DNA of 56,820 bases from a virus (lineage: Duplodnaviria; Caudoviricetes). Shown in pieces: positions 27,061 to 37,120 of this stretch; the stretch's first letter is position 1; each line of letters starts with the position of its first letter. The DNA lies in the IMG/VR virus record IMGVR_UViG_3300032248_000898, positions 1 through 56,820 of that record, one strand, 5' to 3'. Under the pieces are notes generated by a model. It was not told the DNA's origin. It searched no databases and saw nothing but the letters and a program-made list of their open reading frames with translations. A program made the position numbers and the translations under genes.

Positions 27061-27822
27061 ATGAGTTTAGCAAAATTTCGTAAAGTAGGATCAAAAACAG
27101 GTACAGGTCGTTTCGTTGTTTCTGAGGGCATCGCCCCAGCAGCATACTTGCTTACCGCTCCTGGTCTTCCTACTTGGTACGCAGACAGTGAAGATAACCG
27201 TTTTGAAATCGTTATCCCTAAGGGTACGATTTTGTCAGTAGTTGCTGACGCAAGCGGAGACGCAAGAGTAGTTCCAGCTAATGGTACTGGCTCTTCAGTT
27301 ACATGGGGAGACAACATGCCTTCAGCATGGTCGCCTCTTGCTGGAGCAACTCCAGCTTATAGTTCAGGTGCTACAGATACTGTTGCAGTTGCAGCAAGAT
27401 CAATTCCAATCGGAGTTGCACAATATGATCTCTACAGACCTTTTGACAAGGGTACATCACAGGGTGCTGGTTTCATCACCCATGGATACGTAGAGTACCC
27501 AATGGTCCAGGGCCTCAGCGCAGATGTCACAGTCGGCTCATTGATCGCTCCTGACTTCATGGGTCGTCCAAGAGTACTTTCTGGTACGGACTGTGGATCA
27601 TATCCATGGTTGCAAGTTGGTAAAGTAATTGAAGTAGAGAAGTTCGCCACCAATTTTGATGACGGTCTCCTCTCCTACATGCAGTTGCCTTCTGATCCAG
27701 GAGCACTCAAAACCGTTTTTGAAATCACACAAAGTGGTCCATACAGCGGCAAATTGGGCATCCGTTCAAACCTGGACGTTAATAATGTCATCGGCGCATT
27801 CCGCGTCAACCTAACCCTATAA
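27061..27822 (+). CDS. Capsid decoration/cement-type protein
   Basis: Lies between scaffold and major capsid; IVIPKGTIL, PIGVAQYD, VGKVI; SD AAGGAG. Confidence 0.7.
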   Translation: MSLAKFRKVGSKTGTGRFVVSEGIAPAAYLLTAPGLPTWYADSEDNRFEIVIPKGTILSVVADASGDARVVPANGTGSSVTWGDNMPSAWSPLAGATPAYSSGATDTVAVAARSIPIGVAQYDLYRPFDKGTSQGAGFITHGYVEYPMVQGLSADVTVGSLIAPDFMGRPRVLSGTDCGSYPWLQVGKVIEVEKFATNFDDGLLSYMQLPSDPGALKTVFEITQSGPYSGKLGIRSNLDVNNVIGAFRVNLTL

Positions 27823-27843
27823 TAACAGGAGGAAAATCCTACG

Positions 27844-28902
27844 ATGAGTAAAACAATCCAAGAGCTCCTCTCGGGTCTCCCAGCTTGGGAAACCGCATTA
27901 GCTGAGGACGGGTATATCGACGAAGACAACAGAGTTACCGTTAGAGAAGCATTTGCATCACCTGATGCAGCTGCACTTTTCCCTAAGGTTATCTCTCGTA
28001 CTCTTAGAGAGGCTGCAGAGCCTCAATTGTTGATAACACCTCTCCTTTCCACAGTTCGCCTCGGTAAGGGTCGTTCTTTGGAATTTCCAGCAGTAAATGC
28101 AATTCAAGCTGCAGAAATTCCCGAAGGACAAGAGTATCCAGAGCAAGCACTCGCCTTTGCAAAGCAGATTGAAGGCAAAGTCTCGAAGAAGGGCGTTAAG
28201 CTCTCTTTCACTGAGGAAGTCATCGCTGACTCTCTCTGGGACATTGTAGGCCTTCATGTACGCGCTGCAGGTCGTGCTCTCGCACGCTTGAAAGAGCAAA
28301 TCGCACTTAGTCGCTTTAAGGACGCTGCAACAATCGTCTTTGATAACGACGACGCAGGTTACGACGATACAACTGGTCGTGACATTAATGGTGCGTTCAA
28401 TGACACCGTCACGTGGGATGATATCATAGACATGGCTGCCGTTCTTATGGCAGAAAAGCATGTCCCTACTGATTTCATTCTTCATCCATTGATGTGGTCA
28501 GTCTTCCTCAAGGATAGCATCTTCCACCTCGGTGGTGCTGCTTCCGCAGTAGGAACAAGCTGGGGCTACCGTCCACAGAATGCAGATGGCGCACTTAACG
28601 CAACTGCACCTATGGGTCTTAACGTCCTTGTTTCTCCATTCGTAAGCTTCACGGCTAAGAGTGGTGCAACAGCAGCTAAGTCTGACCTATTCTTGATTGA
28701 CAGAAACGAAGTTGGTTCATTATTGGTCAAGGACGAAATGTCCACCGATCAGTTCGATGATCCTTCACGCGACATCCGTCAGTTGAAGATGAAAGAGCGT
28801 TACGACATCGTAATGCTTGGAGACGGCGAAGGAATCACCGTTGCTAAGAATGTCAGCCTTGCTCGTAACTACGAGGTTCTCGTCACAAACGAAACAGCAT
28901 AA
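27844..28902 (+). CDS. Major capsid protein (HK97 fold)
   Basis: AAEIPEGQEYPE, KKGVKLSFTEEVIADS, PTDFILHPLMW, KMKERYD; highly-expressed-type codon usage; SD AGGAGG; strong terminator downstream. Confidence 0.92.
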   Translation: MSKTIQELLSGLPAWETALAEDGYIDEDNRVTVREAFASPDAAALFPKVISRTLREAAEPQLLITPLLSTVRLGKGRSLEFPAVNAIQAAEIPEGQEYPEQALAFAKQIEGKVSKKGVKLSFTEEVIADSLWDIVGLHVRAAGRALARLKEQIALSRFKDAATIVFDNDDAGYDDTTGRDINGAFNDTVTWDDIIDMAAVLMAEKHVPTDFILHPLMWSVFLKDSIFHLGGAASAVGTSWGYRPQNADGALNATAPMGLNVLVSPFVSFTAKSGATAAKSDLFLIDRNEVGSLLVKDEMSTDQFDDPSRDIRQLKMKERYDIVMLGDGEGITVAKNVSLARNYEVLVTNETA

Positions 28903-28957
28903 TAGTCTTAGGACAATTATAGTTACTGCCACCTCGGTGGCTAAACCTAAGGGATTT

Positions 28958-28991
28958 GGGACGGTAGGCAACTACCGTCCCTTATTCTTTT
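28958..28991 (+). terminator. Rho-independent terminator after the major capsid gene
   Basis: GGGACGGTAG-GCAA-CTACCGTCCC followed by TTATTCTTTT. Confidence 0.9.
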
Positions 28992-29038
28992 ATGGATTGA
29001 GTGTTACTAAATATGTATAGAATGGCTAAGGAGAAACA

Positions 29039-29809
29039 GTGGCTCTTTATTTAATAGAACATGCTACCGTCGACGCAGATGTAGTAATAATTAAATTTGG
29101 TAGAACGGTAAAGATCAGTTCTTTATTAAATGCCAATTTTGAAGTTGCTACCAATCAAGCAACTCCCCAAATAGTATCTAGCCCTTTTGCTCCAATAAAC
29201 ACAATAACTGATTATAATCAGATATCTAGAACTTTACGTTTATTCTGGGATCAACAATTAGTATCTGGTAGAGAATACGTCTTAAGTATCAAAAATTTAC
29301 TTGATGCTGTTAATGAAAAAATTCCTACTGAAAAAATACTATTTACTAAAAAAGATGATGCAACACCATCTACAATAACATCATATCAAGAACCTACTTA
29401 TCAGGAAATTTTAATAGAAGATAAGTCAGTTAGGGTTGATGCATTTTCTAGTGTGCAGATATTAGCTAAGAATCCTAATTTTTATATAGTCTCAACCGTT
29501 CCTAATAACGGAGATTTTTATTTAGATAATTCCTATAACAATGGAAGAATCATAATAGAATTTAACGATAGACCTGCTTCTAACTTTTTAACCAGTAATT
29601 ATTTTAAAATACAAAGAAAAAAAATGCAAAGAATACCTTCTAGGTGGGAATCAGTCTCAGCTAACGTATCTATGCACTCTTGGAAAGCTGAAGTATACAT
29701 AGACGTTCCATCAAATGATGCAACCCCAGTCTTTTATCCTGAAGATTCAAACTATTATGAGACTGGATATAAGTACAGATTAATACTTTCTAAAGACATA
29801 GGAATATAG
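29039..29809 (+). CDS. Virion protein with Ig-like domains
   Basis: GTG start with SD AAGGAG; LVSGREYVLSIKNL and YETGYKYRLIL strands. Confidence 0.7.
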   Translation: MALYLIEHATVDADVVIIKFGRTVKISSLLNANFEVATNQATPQIVSSPFAPINTITDYNQISRTLRLFWDQQLVSGREYVLSIKNLLDAVNEKIPTEKILFTKKDDATPSTITSYQEPTYQEILIEDKSVRVDAFSSVQILAKNPNFYIVSTVPNNGDFYLDNSYNNGRIIIEFNDRPASNFLTSNYFKIQRKKMQRIPSRWESVSANVSMHSWKAEVYIDVPSNDATPVFYPEDSNYYETGYKYRLILSKDIGI

Positions 29810-30220
29810 ATGTCTAACTTTATATATTCAAAAACAAAAGAAGCTATTTTAAATGGTGAAATTAATTTTTCATCTGATAATTTTAAAGTATTAATTTTAA
29901 ATACAAACTACACAGCAAATCAAAATAGCGATCAATTCCTATCTCACATACCACCTTCTTCAATAGTCTATTCAAGTAATAATCTACAAAATATTACTAA
30001 TACATTGGGTGTAATTGACGGAGATGATATTTTCTTTAATATATCTTCAAATGTTACTTTTTCATCAATAGTTATGTATAAGGTCAAAACTTTGGATTCT
30101 AACTCTAGACTAATATTTTATATAGATTCTTCCCCTGGATTACCTTATCCGGGTTCAATAGACGGAAGTGGTGTTACTATAGCATGGAGTAATACTTTTA
30201 ATAAAATACTATCTTTATAA
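29810..30220 (+). CDS. Putative virion structural protein
   Basis: KEAILNGEINFSSDNFKVLIL pattern; late operon. Confidence 0.7.
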   Translation: MSNFIYSKTKEAILNGEINFSSDNFKVLILNTNYTANQNSDQFLSHIPPSSIVYSSNNLQNITNTLGVIDGDDIFFNISSNVTFSSIVMYKVKTLDSNSRLIFYIDSSPGLPYPGSIDGSGVTIAWSNTFNKILSL

Positions 30221-30229
30221 AGAGGCAAA

Positions 30230-30547
30230 ATGGCGACACAGTATCCAAATCATTTAGATCAATTTGTGAACCCTACCCCACAGGACACTCTAGCATCTAG
30301 TGTAGTTCCCCACGCGCAGCAGCATGCAAACTTAAATGATGCTATGGAAGCAGTCCAAACTATTCTGGGAATCAACCCCGCAGGATCTTTTTTAACAATT
30401 AAAGACAGAATGCTCTCTTCAGAGAGTTTAAATGGATTAACTGACGTTACTATTAATTCTGTTGCGAATGGAAACGTCCTAAGATACAACGGATCAAAAT
30501 GGACTAATTATTCCGAAAATAATCTCACCGATGGAGGAAACTTTTAA
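30230..30547 (+). CDS. Putative virion/fibre-associated protein
   Basis: YPNHLDQF.NP...HAQQHANLNDA.EAVQT.LG; LNGLTDVTI...GNVLRYNGSKWTN; ends DGGNF. Confidence 0.75.
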   Translation: MATQYPNHLDQFVNPTPQDTLASSVVPHAQQHANLNDAMEAVQTILGINPAGSFLTIKDRMLSSESLNGLTDVTINSVANGNVLRYNGSKWTNYSENNLTDGGNF

Positions 30548-30549
30548 AA

Positions 30550-32661
30550 ATGGCTAATACAATTAGAATCAAAAGAAGAGCGTCTGGAGATGGTGCTGGC
30601 GCACCGTCAAGTCTTGCTAATGCTGAGCTTGCATTTAATGAATCTACTAACATCTTGTATTATGGTACAGGTACTGGTGGAGCTGGTGGATCAGCTACTC
30701 AGGTTATAGCCATTGGTGGTTCTGGAGCAGTAGTTGGTCTTTCTGGCACACAAACAATAACAGGAAATAAAACATTCTCAGGTACTGTAGAGCTCGGTTC
30801 TTCCGCAACTGCAGCAACAAAATCTAGTGGAAATAACTCTACAGCAGTAGCAACCACTGCTTATGTAGATTCTGCAGTCACTGCAGTAAGCGCATTTGGT
30901 GGATTATATTTTGCTGGAGATACTGGAAGCACGCAATCAATAGCTAGTGGTGACACTCTTACAATTTCTGGTGGAGTTGGCCTTACGGCTACCGCTTCAG
31001 CAACCGATAAAGTTACTGTTGATCTTGACAATACCGCTGTAACAGCAGGTTCTTATGGTTCAAGTAGCTCTATTCCAACATTCACAGTTGATGCCCAGGG
31101 TCGTTTAACCTCAGCTGGATCAGCTTCTATTTCTACTTCATTTACTCTTACAGCAGATAGTGGTTCAAATCAAACAATTTCTGGTGGAGACACATTTAAC
31201 ATAGTAGGTGGCACAGGCTTAACATCGGTAGCCTCTAACACTGACGTACTTACGTTAAATCTTGATAATACTGCAGTAACTGCAGGTTCTTATGGTTCAG
31301 CAACTGCAGTATCAACATTTACAGTTGATGCTCAAGGTCGTTTAACCGCAGCTGGAACAGCAAACATTTCAGTCGCAGCAAGTGCAATTACAGACTTTAC
31401 TGAAGCAGCACAAGATGCTATTGGTAATTCAGTTGGAACTGGACTTACTTACACAGATGCAACTGGCGCAATTTCAGTAACAGCAAATACTTATGATGCA
31501 TATGGTGCAGCTGGTACAGCTCAAACCAACGCAGAATCAACTGCTTCTGGTTATGTTTCAAGTCACTCATCAACCTCAAGTGGTGTACATGGAGTTACTG
31601 GCAATGTTGTTGGAACAAGCGATACTCAAACCCTTACTAACAAGACTCTTACTAGCCCAGCCGTTGGAACTTCGCTTACGACAGCAAGCACTTCATTTGA
31701 CTTGTTAAATTCTACTGCCACAACAATCAACTTTGGTGGTGCAGCAGATATTAACATGGGTGTAGCTGGTAAGACAGTAAAAGTTGCTGGTAACTTAACA
31801 GTTGATGGAACTCTTACAACAATTAATTCAACAACGGTAACAGTAGATGATAAGAATCTTGAACTTGGTTCAATTGCATCACCTACCAACTCAACTGCTG
31901 ATGGTGGCGGTATCACACTTAAAGGTGCAACGGATAAGACTTTTAACTGGATCTTGTCGACTACATCTTGGACTTCTTCTGAAAATATGGACCTTGCCTC
32001 AGGCAAAGTTCTTAAGATTAACGGAACTGAAGTTCTTAGTGGATCATCACTTGGTTCAGGAGTAACTGGTTCAAGCCTTACCTCGGTTGGTACTATTGCA
32101 ACTGGTGTTTGGAATGGTACATCAATCGCAGTAGCTAACGGTGGAACTGGATCAACTACTGCTTCAGGAGCCCGCACTGCCCTTGGAGTTGCAATTGGTT
32201 CAGATGTACAAGCCTACAACGCTACATTGGCAACAGTTGCAGCTGGAACTTACACTGGTTCTAGCACAATAACAACTCTTGGAACAATTTCTGCCGGTAC
32301 TTGGAATGGTACATCAATAGCAGTAGCTAACGGTGGAACTGGCTCTACAACCGCCTCAGGCGCACGTACGGCTCTTGGAGTTGCAATCGGCTCTGATGTA
32401 CAGGCTTACAGCTCAACACTCGGTGCAGTGGCTGGCGGAACCTATATTGGATCTAGCTCAATTACAACTCTTGGAACTATTGCAACCGGTACTTGGAACG
32501 GTACAGCAATTGCAGTAGCAAATGGTGGAACTGGATCAACAACTGCTTCTAGTGCCCGTACGGCCCTTGGAGTTGCAATTGGTTCAGATGTACAAGCTTA
32601 TAGCTCAATTTTAGCTGATGTAGCTGCAGGAACTTATACCCTTGACGGTGGAACATTCTAA
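30550..32661 (+). CDS. Long tail fibre protein (Gly/Ser/Thr/Ala-rich, repetitive)
   Basis: N-terminal TIRIKR...PSSL..AELAFN; internal repeats; ends LDGGTF. Confidence 0.85.
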   Translation: MANTIRIKRRASGDGAGAPSSLANAELAFNESTNILYYGTGTGGAGGSATQVIAIGGSGAVVGLSGTQTITGNKTFSGTVELGSSATAATKSSGNNSTAVATTAYVDSAVTAVSAFGGLYFAGDTGSTQSIASGDTLTISGGVGLTATASATDKVTVDLDNTAVTAGSYGSSSSIPTFTVDAQGRLTSAGSASISTSFTLTADSGSNQTISGGDTFNIVGGTGLTSVASNTDVLTLNLDNTAVTAGSYGSATAVSTFTVDAQGRLTAAGTANISVAASAITDFTEAAQDAIGNSVGTGLTYTDATGAISVTANTYDAYGAAGTAQTNAESTASGYVSSHSSTSSGVHGVTGNVVGTSDTQTLTNKTLTSPAVGTSLTTASTSFDLLNSTATTINFGGAADINMGVAGKTVKVAGNLTVDGTLTTINSTTVTVDDKNLELGSIASPTNSTADGGGITLKGATDKTFNWILSTTSWTSSENMDLASGKVLKINGTEVLSGSSLGSGVTGSSLTSVGTIATGVWNGTSIAVANGGTGSTTASGARTALGVAIGSDVQAYNATLATVAAGTYTGSSTITTLGTISAGTWNGTSIAVANGGTGSTTASGARTALGVAIGSDVQAYSSTLGAVAGGTYIGSSSITTLGTIATGTWNGTAIAVANGGTGSTTASSARTALGVAIGSDVQAYSSILADVAAGTYTLDGGTF
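32083..32640 (+). repeat. Three tandem 192-nt (64-aa) intragenic repeats
   Basis: WNGT.IAVANGGTGSTTAS.ARTALGVAIGSDVQAY, with the Trp codons at 32110, 32302 and 32494. Confidence 0.95.
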
Positions 32662-32670
32662 AGCTATAAT
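32642..32670 (+). promoter_or_regulatory. Sigma-A/70-type promoter
   Basis: TTGACG-N17-TATAAT, 53 nt upstream of 32724. Confidence 0.65.
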
Positions 32671-32723
32671 ATCAAAAGTATATAGTTTTAATTTTAAAAC
32701 ACTTATTTCATTTAGGGTAATAG

Positions 32724-34130
32724 ATGGCAAATACAATTAAGATTAAACGTACAAGCACCCCATCTTCAACACCTTCATCTTTAGAATATGGCGAATTAGC
32801 AATTAACTATGCTGATGGAAAGCTATTTTATAAAAATAGTTCAAATAACGTAGTAGAGTTTACTAGTTCTGTTAATTTAGCAGGTACAGTTTATAACGCT
32901 ACCATAGGTAATGGCACCAGTAGTTCATTTGTGCTTACGCACAATTTTGGAAGTAGGGATGTCAGCGTAACTGTTAGAGAAGCAGCTTCTCCATATGGTT
33001 TAATTTTAACATCTTGGGAAGCAACTTCTAGCAATACTATAACCGTTTATTTTGATTCTCCCCCTTCTGATAGCTCTGTCAGAGTATCGGTGTACATAGC
33101 TACAGCAGGCGTTCAACAGGGTCCTACGGGCCTTACAGGTCCTACAGGGCCAACTGGGCCTACTGGTCCCACAGGATCAGCCGCTAGCCTAACCCTAGGT
33201 TCAGTAACGACTGGGACCGCTGGGTCTTCAGTTGCTATTACTAATTCTGGAACAAGCTCTGCTGCTACGTTTAACTTTACAATTCCAAGGGGGGATACTG
33301 GTGCTACCGGCCCCACAGGCCCCACAGGACCTACAGGACCTACTGGAACAGCTGCTACAATTACTGTTGGCACAGTCTCTGCTGGCACAGCAGCAGTAAC
33401 CAACTCAGGTACCTCATCAGCTGCGGTCTTAAACTTTACATTACAGACTGGACCAACTGGACCAACTGGACCAACAGGACCAACAGGACCTACTGGATCT
33501 GCTGCTACTGTAGCAGTAGGAACTGTAACTACTGGAGCTGCGGGATCATCAGCAGTAATAACTAATGCGGGATCATCAAGCGCTGCTACATTCAATTTTA
33601 CCATACCAAGAGGTGATACTGGATTAACTGGTCCAACTGGGCCAACTGGCCCTACAGGTCCAACAGGACCTACTGGAAGTATTGGTACAGTAGCGTTAGA
33701 CGATCTTTCTGATGTTATAATAACAACTCCAGCAACTGCTCAAATAGTAAGATACAACGGAACCAACTGGGTTAATTCAGCTACTACTAATATAACAACA
33801 ATTGGCACTATAGTTACCGGAACCTGGAATGGCACAATAATAGGTTCTACTTATGGTGGAACTGGCGTAAATAACGGCTCAAGCACTATTACTTTAGCTG
33901 GAAACCTTGCTACTTCAGGTGCTAACTCTTTAACCCTTACGACAACTGGTGCAACTAACATAACTCTACCAACAAGTGGTACACTTGTTAACACAGCAGT
34001 AACAACCCTATCTTCGCTTACATCAGTTGGAACTTTAAGCAGTCTAACGGTTACTAACAATATAACAGCTGCTCAATTTTACGGTAGAGCTAGAGATACA
34101 GAAATTAGATTTTTCATGGAGGTCATCTAA
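32724..34130 (+). CDS. Collagen-like tail fibre protein
   Basis: Four (GPT)n blocks alternating with GTVTTG...ITNSGTSSAATFNFTIPRG modules; same N-terminal motif as the 30550 gene. Confidence 0.9.
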   Translation: MANTIKIKRTSTPSSTPSSLEYGELAINYADGKLFYKNSSNNVVEFTSSVNLAGTVYNATIGNGTSSSFVLTHNFGSRDVSVTVREAASPYGLILTSWEATSSNTITVYFDSPPSDSSVRVSVYIATAGVQQGPTGLTGPTGPTGPTGPTGSAASLTLGSVTTGTAGSSVAITNSGTSSAATFNFTIPRGDTGATGPTGPTGPTGPTGTAATITVGTVSAGTAAVTNSGTSSAAVLNFTLQTGPTGPTGPTGPTGPTGSAATVAVGTVTTGAAGSSAVITNAGSSSAATFNFTIPRGDTGLTGPTGPTGPTGPTGPTGSIGTVALDDLSDVIITTPATAQIVRYNGTNWVNSATTNITTIGTIVTGTWNGTIIGSTYGGTGVNNGSSTITLAGNLATSGANSLTLTTTGATNITLPTSGTLVNTAVTTLSSLTSVGTLSSLTVTNNITAAQFYGRARDTEIRFFMEVI

Positions 34131-34490
34131 ATGGCAATTACACAAAAACGACTTGCTGGTCCCGCACAGTTAACGGCATCTTCTGCCATTTACTATACAG
34201 TCCCGATCAGCACTACTACAATCGTTAAACAGATAATTTTAACTAACACAACAGCAGCCGCAAAAACTGTTACGGTTAGATTAAAACCATTGGGAGTGGC
34301 TGAAGCAGCAACTCACGATATTATTAGCGCAATGTCGCTTGCGGCAAATGAATCAATGTCTTTCAACTGCTCATTAGTTTTAAATAACAACGGATCAACA
34401 GCAAATGCTACAAATAGTGATCAATTAGCTGCTCTTTGCAGTTCTGCTACTTCAGTTAATATAACGGTAGTTGGAATAGAAGAAGTATAA
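34131..34490 (+). CDS. Putative fibre-associated structural protein
   Basis: IYYTVP..TTTIVKQIILTNTT pattern; SD GGAGG. Confidence 0.75.
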   Translation: MAITQKRLAGPAQLTASSAIYYTVPISTTTIVKQIILTNTTAAAKTVTVRLKPLGVAEAATHDIISAMSLAANESMSFNCSLVLNNNGSTANATNSDQLAALCSSATSVNITVVGIEEV

Positions 34491-34491
34491 A

Positions 34492-35229
34492 ATGCCAGCA
34501 ATAGCACGCTATCCATCTACGAATGTAAGTTATAACTTATCTACATTCATAGATTCAGCCGACCCAATTTACGGGACCGGCATGGACAGCGATGCTACTT
34601 TAGATGGAACTACAACAGTTCTTAGCATGGTTCCTTCTTCATCTGTTTATACAATGACGAGAGATATGTTCTTTAATAATTTAATCATTAATGCAAGCGT
34701 GCAATTAAAGCCAAATGGTTACAGAATTTTTGTTAAAGGAACACTAACTTTAAACTCTGGCTCAACAATCGGTTTTACCACTGGCTCTTCTGCCACTGGA
34801 TCAATTAAGGGTGGCGGAGCAGCTACCACTTCAGTAACTCACAGCTTAGGCGGAAATGCCGCAACTACCTACACCGCCACTGCTCCAACCGATGCCTTAG
34901 GTGGCACAAATTGGTTTAAGGTTCCAAGACAAGCAATACTAGGATATTCTCTAACTGCTTCTGGCGGACCTACTTTCTTAAACGGAGGTGCCGGTGGAAC
35001 TAACGCAGGTGGTGGAATTGTCATTTTAGCCGCAAGATATATATCACCTCCAACCTCAGGTACTGCATATATAAAGGCAGCTGGGCAATCTGGGGCTAAT
35101 AATAGTGGTGGTGGAGTAATACTTGTAGTCTCATCAGGTTTGTCTCTACCTTCTTCGATTTCTACTGACGTAACAGCAGGTGGAGCAGGAGCAGCAGCAG
35201 GTACATATAACTACATGCAGTTGGTGTAA
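34492..35229 (+). CDS. Gly-rich fibre protein, paralog of the 35232 N- and C-termini
   Basis: YG.G.D...TRDM...L....L..NGYR.FVK.TLTLN is shared with 35232; GGGIVIL. Confidence 0.75.
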   Translation: MPAIARYPSTNVSYNLSTFIDSADPIYGTGMDSDATLDGTTTVLSMVPSSSVYTMTRDMFFNNLIINASVQLKPNGYRIFVKGTLTLNSGSTIGFTTGSSATGSIKGGGAATTSVTHSLGGNAATTYTATAPTDALGGTNWFKVPRQAILGYSLTASGGPTFLNGGAGGTNAGGGIVILAARYISPPTSGTAYIKAAGQSGANNSGGGVILVVSSGLSLPSSISTDVTAGGAGAAAGTYNYMQLV

Positions 35230-35231
35230 TT

Positions 35232-36866
35232 ATGGCAGGTATAGTAAAATTTGGCGCAACACCTAGTTATAACGACAGCATTCAAAGACAAAGAATTGGT
35301 AATGACTCTGTATATGGCCCAGGAACTGATGGTACGGTTTCAATAAGTGGAACTATCACTTTGACAAGAGACATGTACTATGACACTTTAACTATCCCAT
35401 TAGGTAATGTTCTTCTAACTAATGGATATAGGGTATTCGTTAAAAATACTTTAACTTTAAATGGCATTATTGGCATTGGTTCAGTTTCAGGAAATTCAAA
35501 TGGTAGCTCAAATGGAACTATTGGAGAATCAGCAAGCGTTATATCTAGCGGTACAGTCTCAGGTCAATCAACTTCCACATCAATAACATATAGAGCTGGT
35601 GGAGGTGGAGGTGGAGGCACTGCTGAAACAAGTACTGCAATACCTTCAAATATACTTTATGCTTTAGATATTGCAACTGGCGGATTATTTATAGATTCAT
35701 CTGGAACTACACAATTGATTAAAGGTGGTTCTGGAGGAACAACGGGAACAACAGGTAATACAACTCCAGCGTATACCAACAATGATTCTTGGCCAGGTAA
35801 AGCTGGAGCTGCAGGAACTGCCGGAGCTGCAGGATCTTCCCCCACTCACGCAAACACTGCGTACCCGCAAGCTGGAGGCAAAGGACAAACTGGAAACACT
35901 GCTGCAGACGGAACTGCCACGGGAGCTAATTCAGGATCTGGTGGTGCAGGTGGATCTGGTGGTGCAGGTGGTGGCATCGTAGTTATAACGGCAAAGGTGA
36001 TTACTGGAACCGGAACTGTTATGAGCTTAGGTAGATCTGGAGCTGCAGGCTCTACAGGCTCTACTGGAACTGGCGGAACACAAGGAGGAAATGGAAACGC
36101 TGGAGCTACTGGACCATCAGAAAGTCATAACAATCCTCAAACAACCAATCATCATGCTACCGCTGCCACTAACCACGGAGCATACCATACGCACTACCCA
36201 TTCCATACCGTATGGAACGCTAACTATGGTGGCTTACATCATGGCCATGTATCCCCTCAAGTGCACCTATTCCATAGAGCATCAAGAGTTCATGGTCACA
36301 TTGTACAGGGAACTTCCCCCGGCTTGCCACATCATGCTTTTGGTTATCATAACCCCCATCATGACGGTCCACATGGGCACGTAGTACATGGCACATATAA
36401 TGGTCAATATCACCATTTCCCAGCAGCAGGACATTCTGGCCCACATCACTATCACCATCATCATGGTAACCATGATGGTAGTTATCACTACAATAACTTA
36501 GTAGCTCATGGTGATCCACTAAGTATTCATACTGAAAATAGTTCTCAGCCAGCACATTCTCATAGACCCGCGGGAGGTCATAATAACCCAGATGCCTCGT
36601 CAACGCACAATAACCCTGCTACTGTTTATGCCGGAGGTGCCGGAGGTGCCGGAGGTGTAAATAATGGTACTAATACAGGTGCTGGAGCTCCAGCAGTAAC
36701 TGGAGGGTCTGGAAAAAGAGGTGGAGCTGGTGGTGGCGGTGGAATTATTGTTATAACAGATACTACTCCATCAGGAATTTCTTACGATGTAAGAAAAGGA
36801 ATTACGGCAGACTCAGATAATTATTCTGGATCTAATGGATATAGTTATGTTATACTTAACGCATAA
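35232..36866 (+). CDS. Gly-rich fibre protein with a His-rich insertion
   Basis: Poly-Gly GGxGG segments flank a 161-codon stretch (36126-36608) containing 39 His by my count. Confidence 0.8.
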   Translation: MAGIVKFGATPSYNDSIQRQRIGNDSVYGPGTDGTVSISGTITLTRDMYYDTLTIPLGNVLLTNGYRVFVKNTLTLNGIIGIGSVSGNSNGSSNGTIGESASVISSGTVSGQSTSTSITYRAGGGGGGGTAETSTAIPSNILYALDIATGGLFIDSSGTTQLIKGGSGGTTGTTGNTTPAYTNNDSWPGKAGAAGTAGAAGSSPTHANTAYPQAGGKGQTGNTAADGTATGANSGSGGAGGSGGAGGGIVVITAKVITGTGTVMSLGRSGAAGSTGSTGTGGTQGGNGNAGATGPSESHNNPQTTNHHATAATNHGAYHTHYPFHTVWNANYGGLHHGHVSPQVHLFHRASRVHGHIVQGTSPGLPHHAFGYHNPHHDGPHGHVVHGTYNGQYHHFPAAGHSGPHHYHHHHGNHDGSYHYNNLVAHGDPLSIHTENSSQPAHSHRPAGGHNNPDASSTHNNPATVYAGGAGGAGGVNNGTNTGAGAPAVTGGSGKRGGAGGGGGIIVITDTTPSGISYDVRKGITADSDNYSGSNGYSYVILNA

Positions 36867-36880
36867 AATAGGAGACTTAA

Positions 36881-37117
36881 ATGGAATTTAATAACATTAC
36901 AACGCAACAAAAAATTGCAAAAATGAATGAAACAAAAGTTAGAATGGAACAAGAACTTTTTGATAGAATTTTAGAAGTAGGTTTGGATCCAGATACTTTT
37001 GTCCTCGAAACCATCGAATTACCAGAAGGTACCCCTTTGTCTTTTCCATGGGGAAGAATACTTGAGATCAAAAAATCTACAGCTCTTATTAACAGTAAGT
37101 TAGAGGAACTTCAATAA
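36881..37117 (+). CDS. Small hypothetical protein (78 aa)
   Basis: SD AGGAG. Confidence 0.75.
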   Translation: MEFNNITTQQKIAKMNETKVRMEQELFDRILEVGLDPDTFVLETIELPEGTPLSFPWGRILEIKKSTALINSKLEELQ

Positions 37118-37120
37118 AAG

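Noticed and set aside
31626-33604. Long antisense ORFs (31626..32177, 33113..33604) and similar shadow ORFs elsewhere
   Set aside because: They are mirror frames of repetitive or biased coding sequence with no independent start signals.
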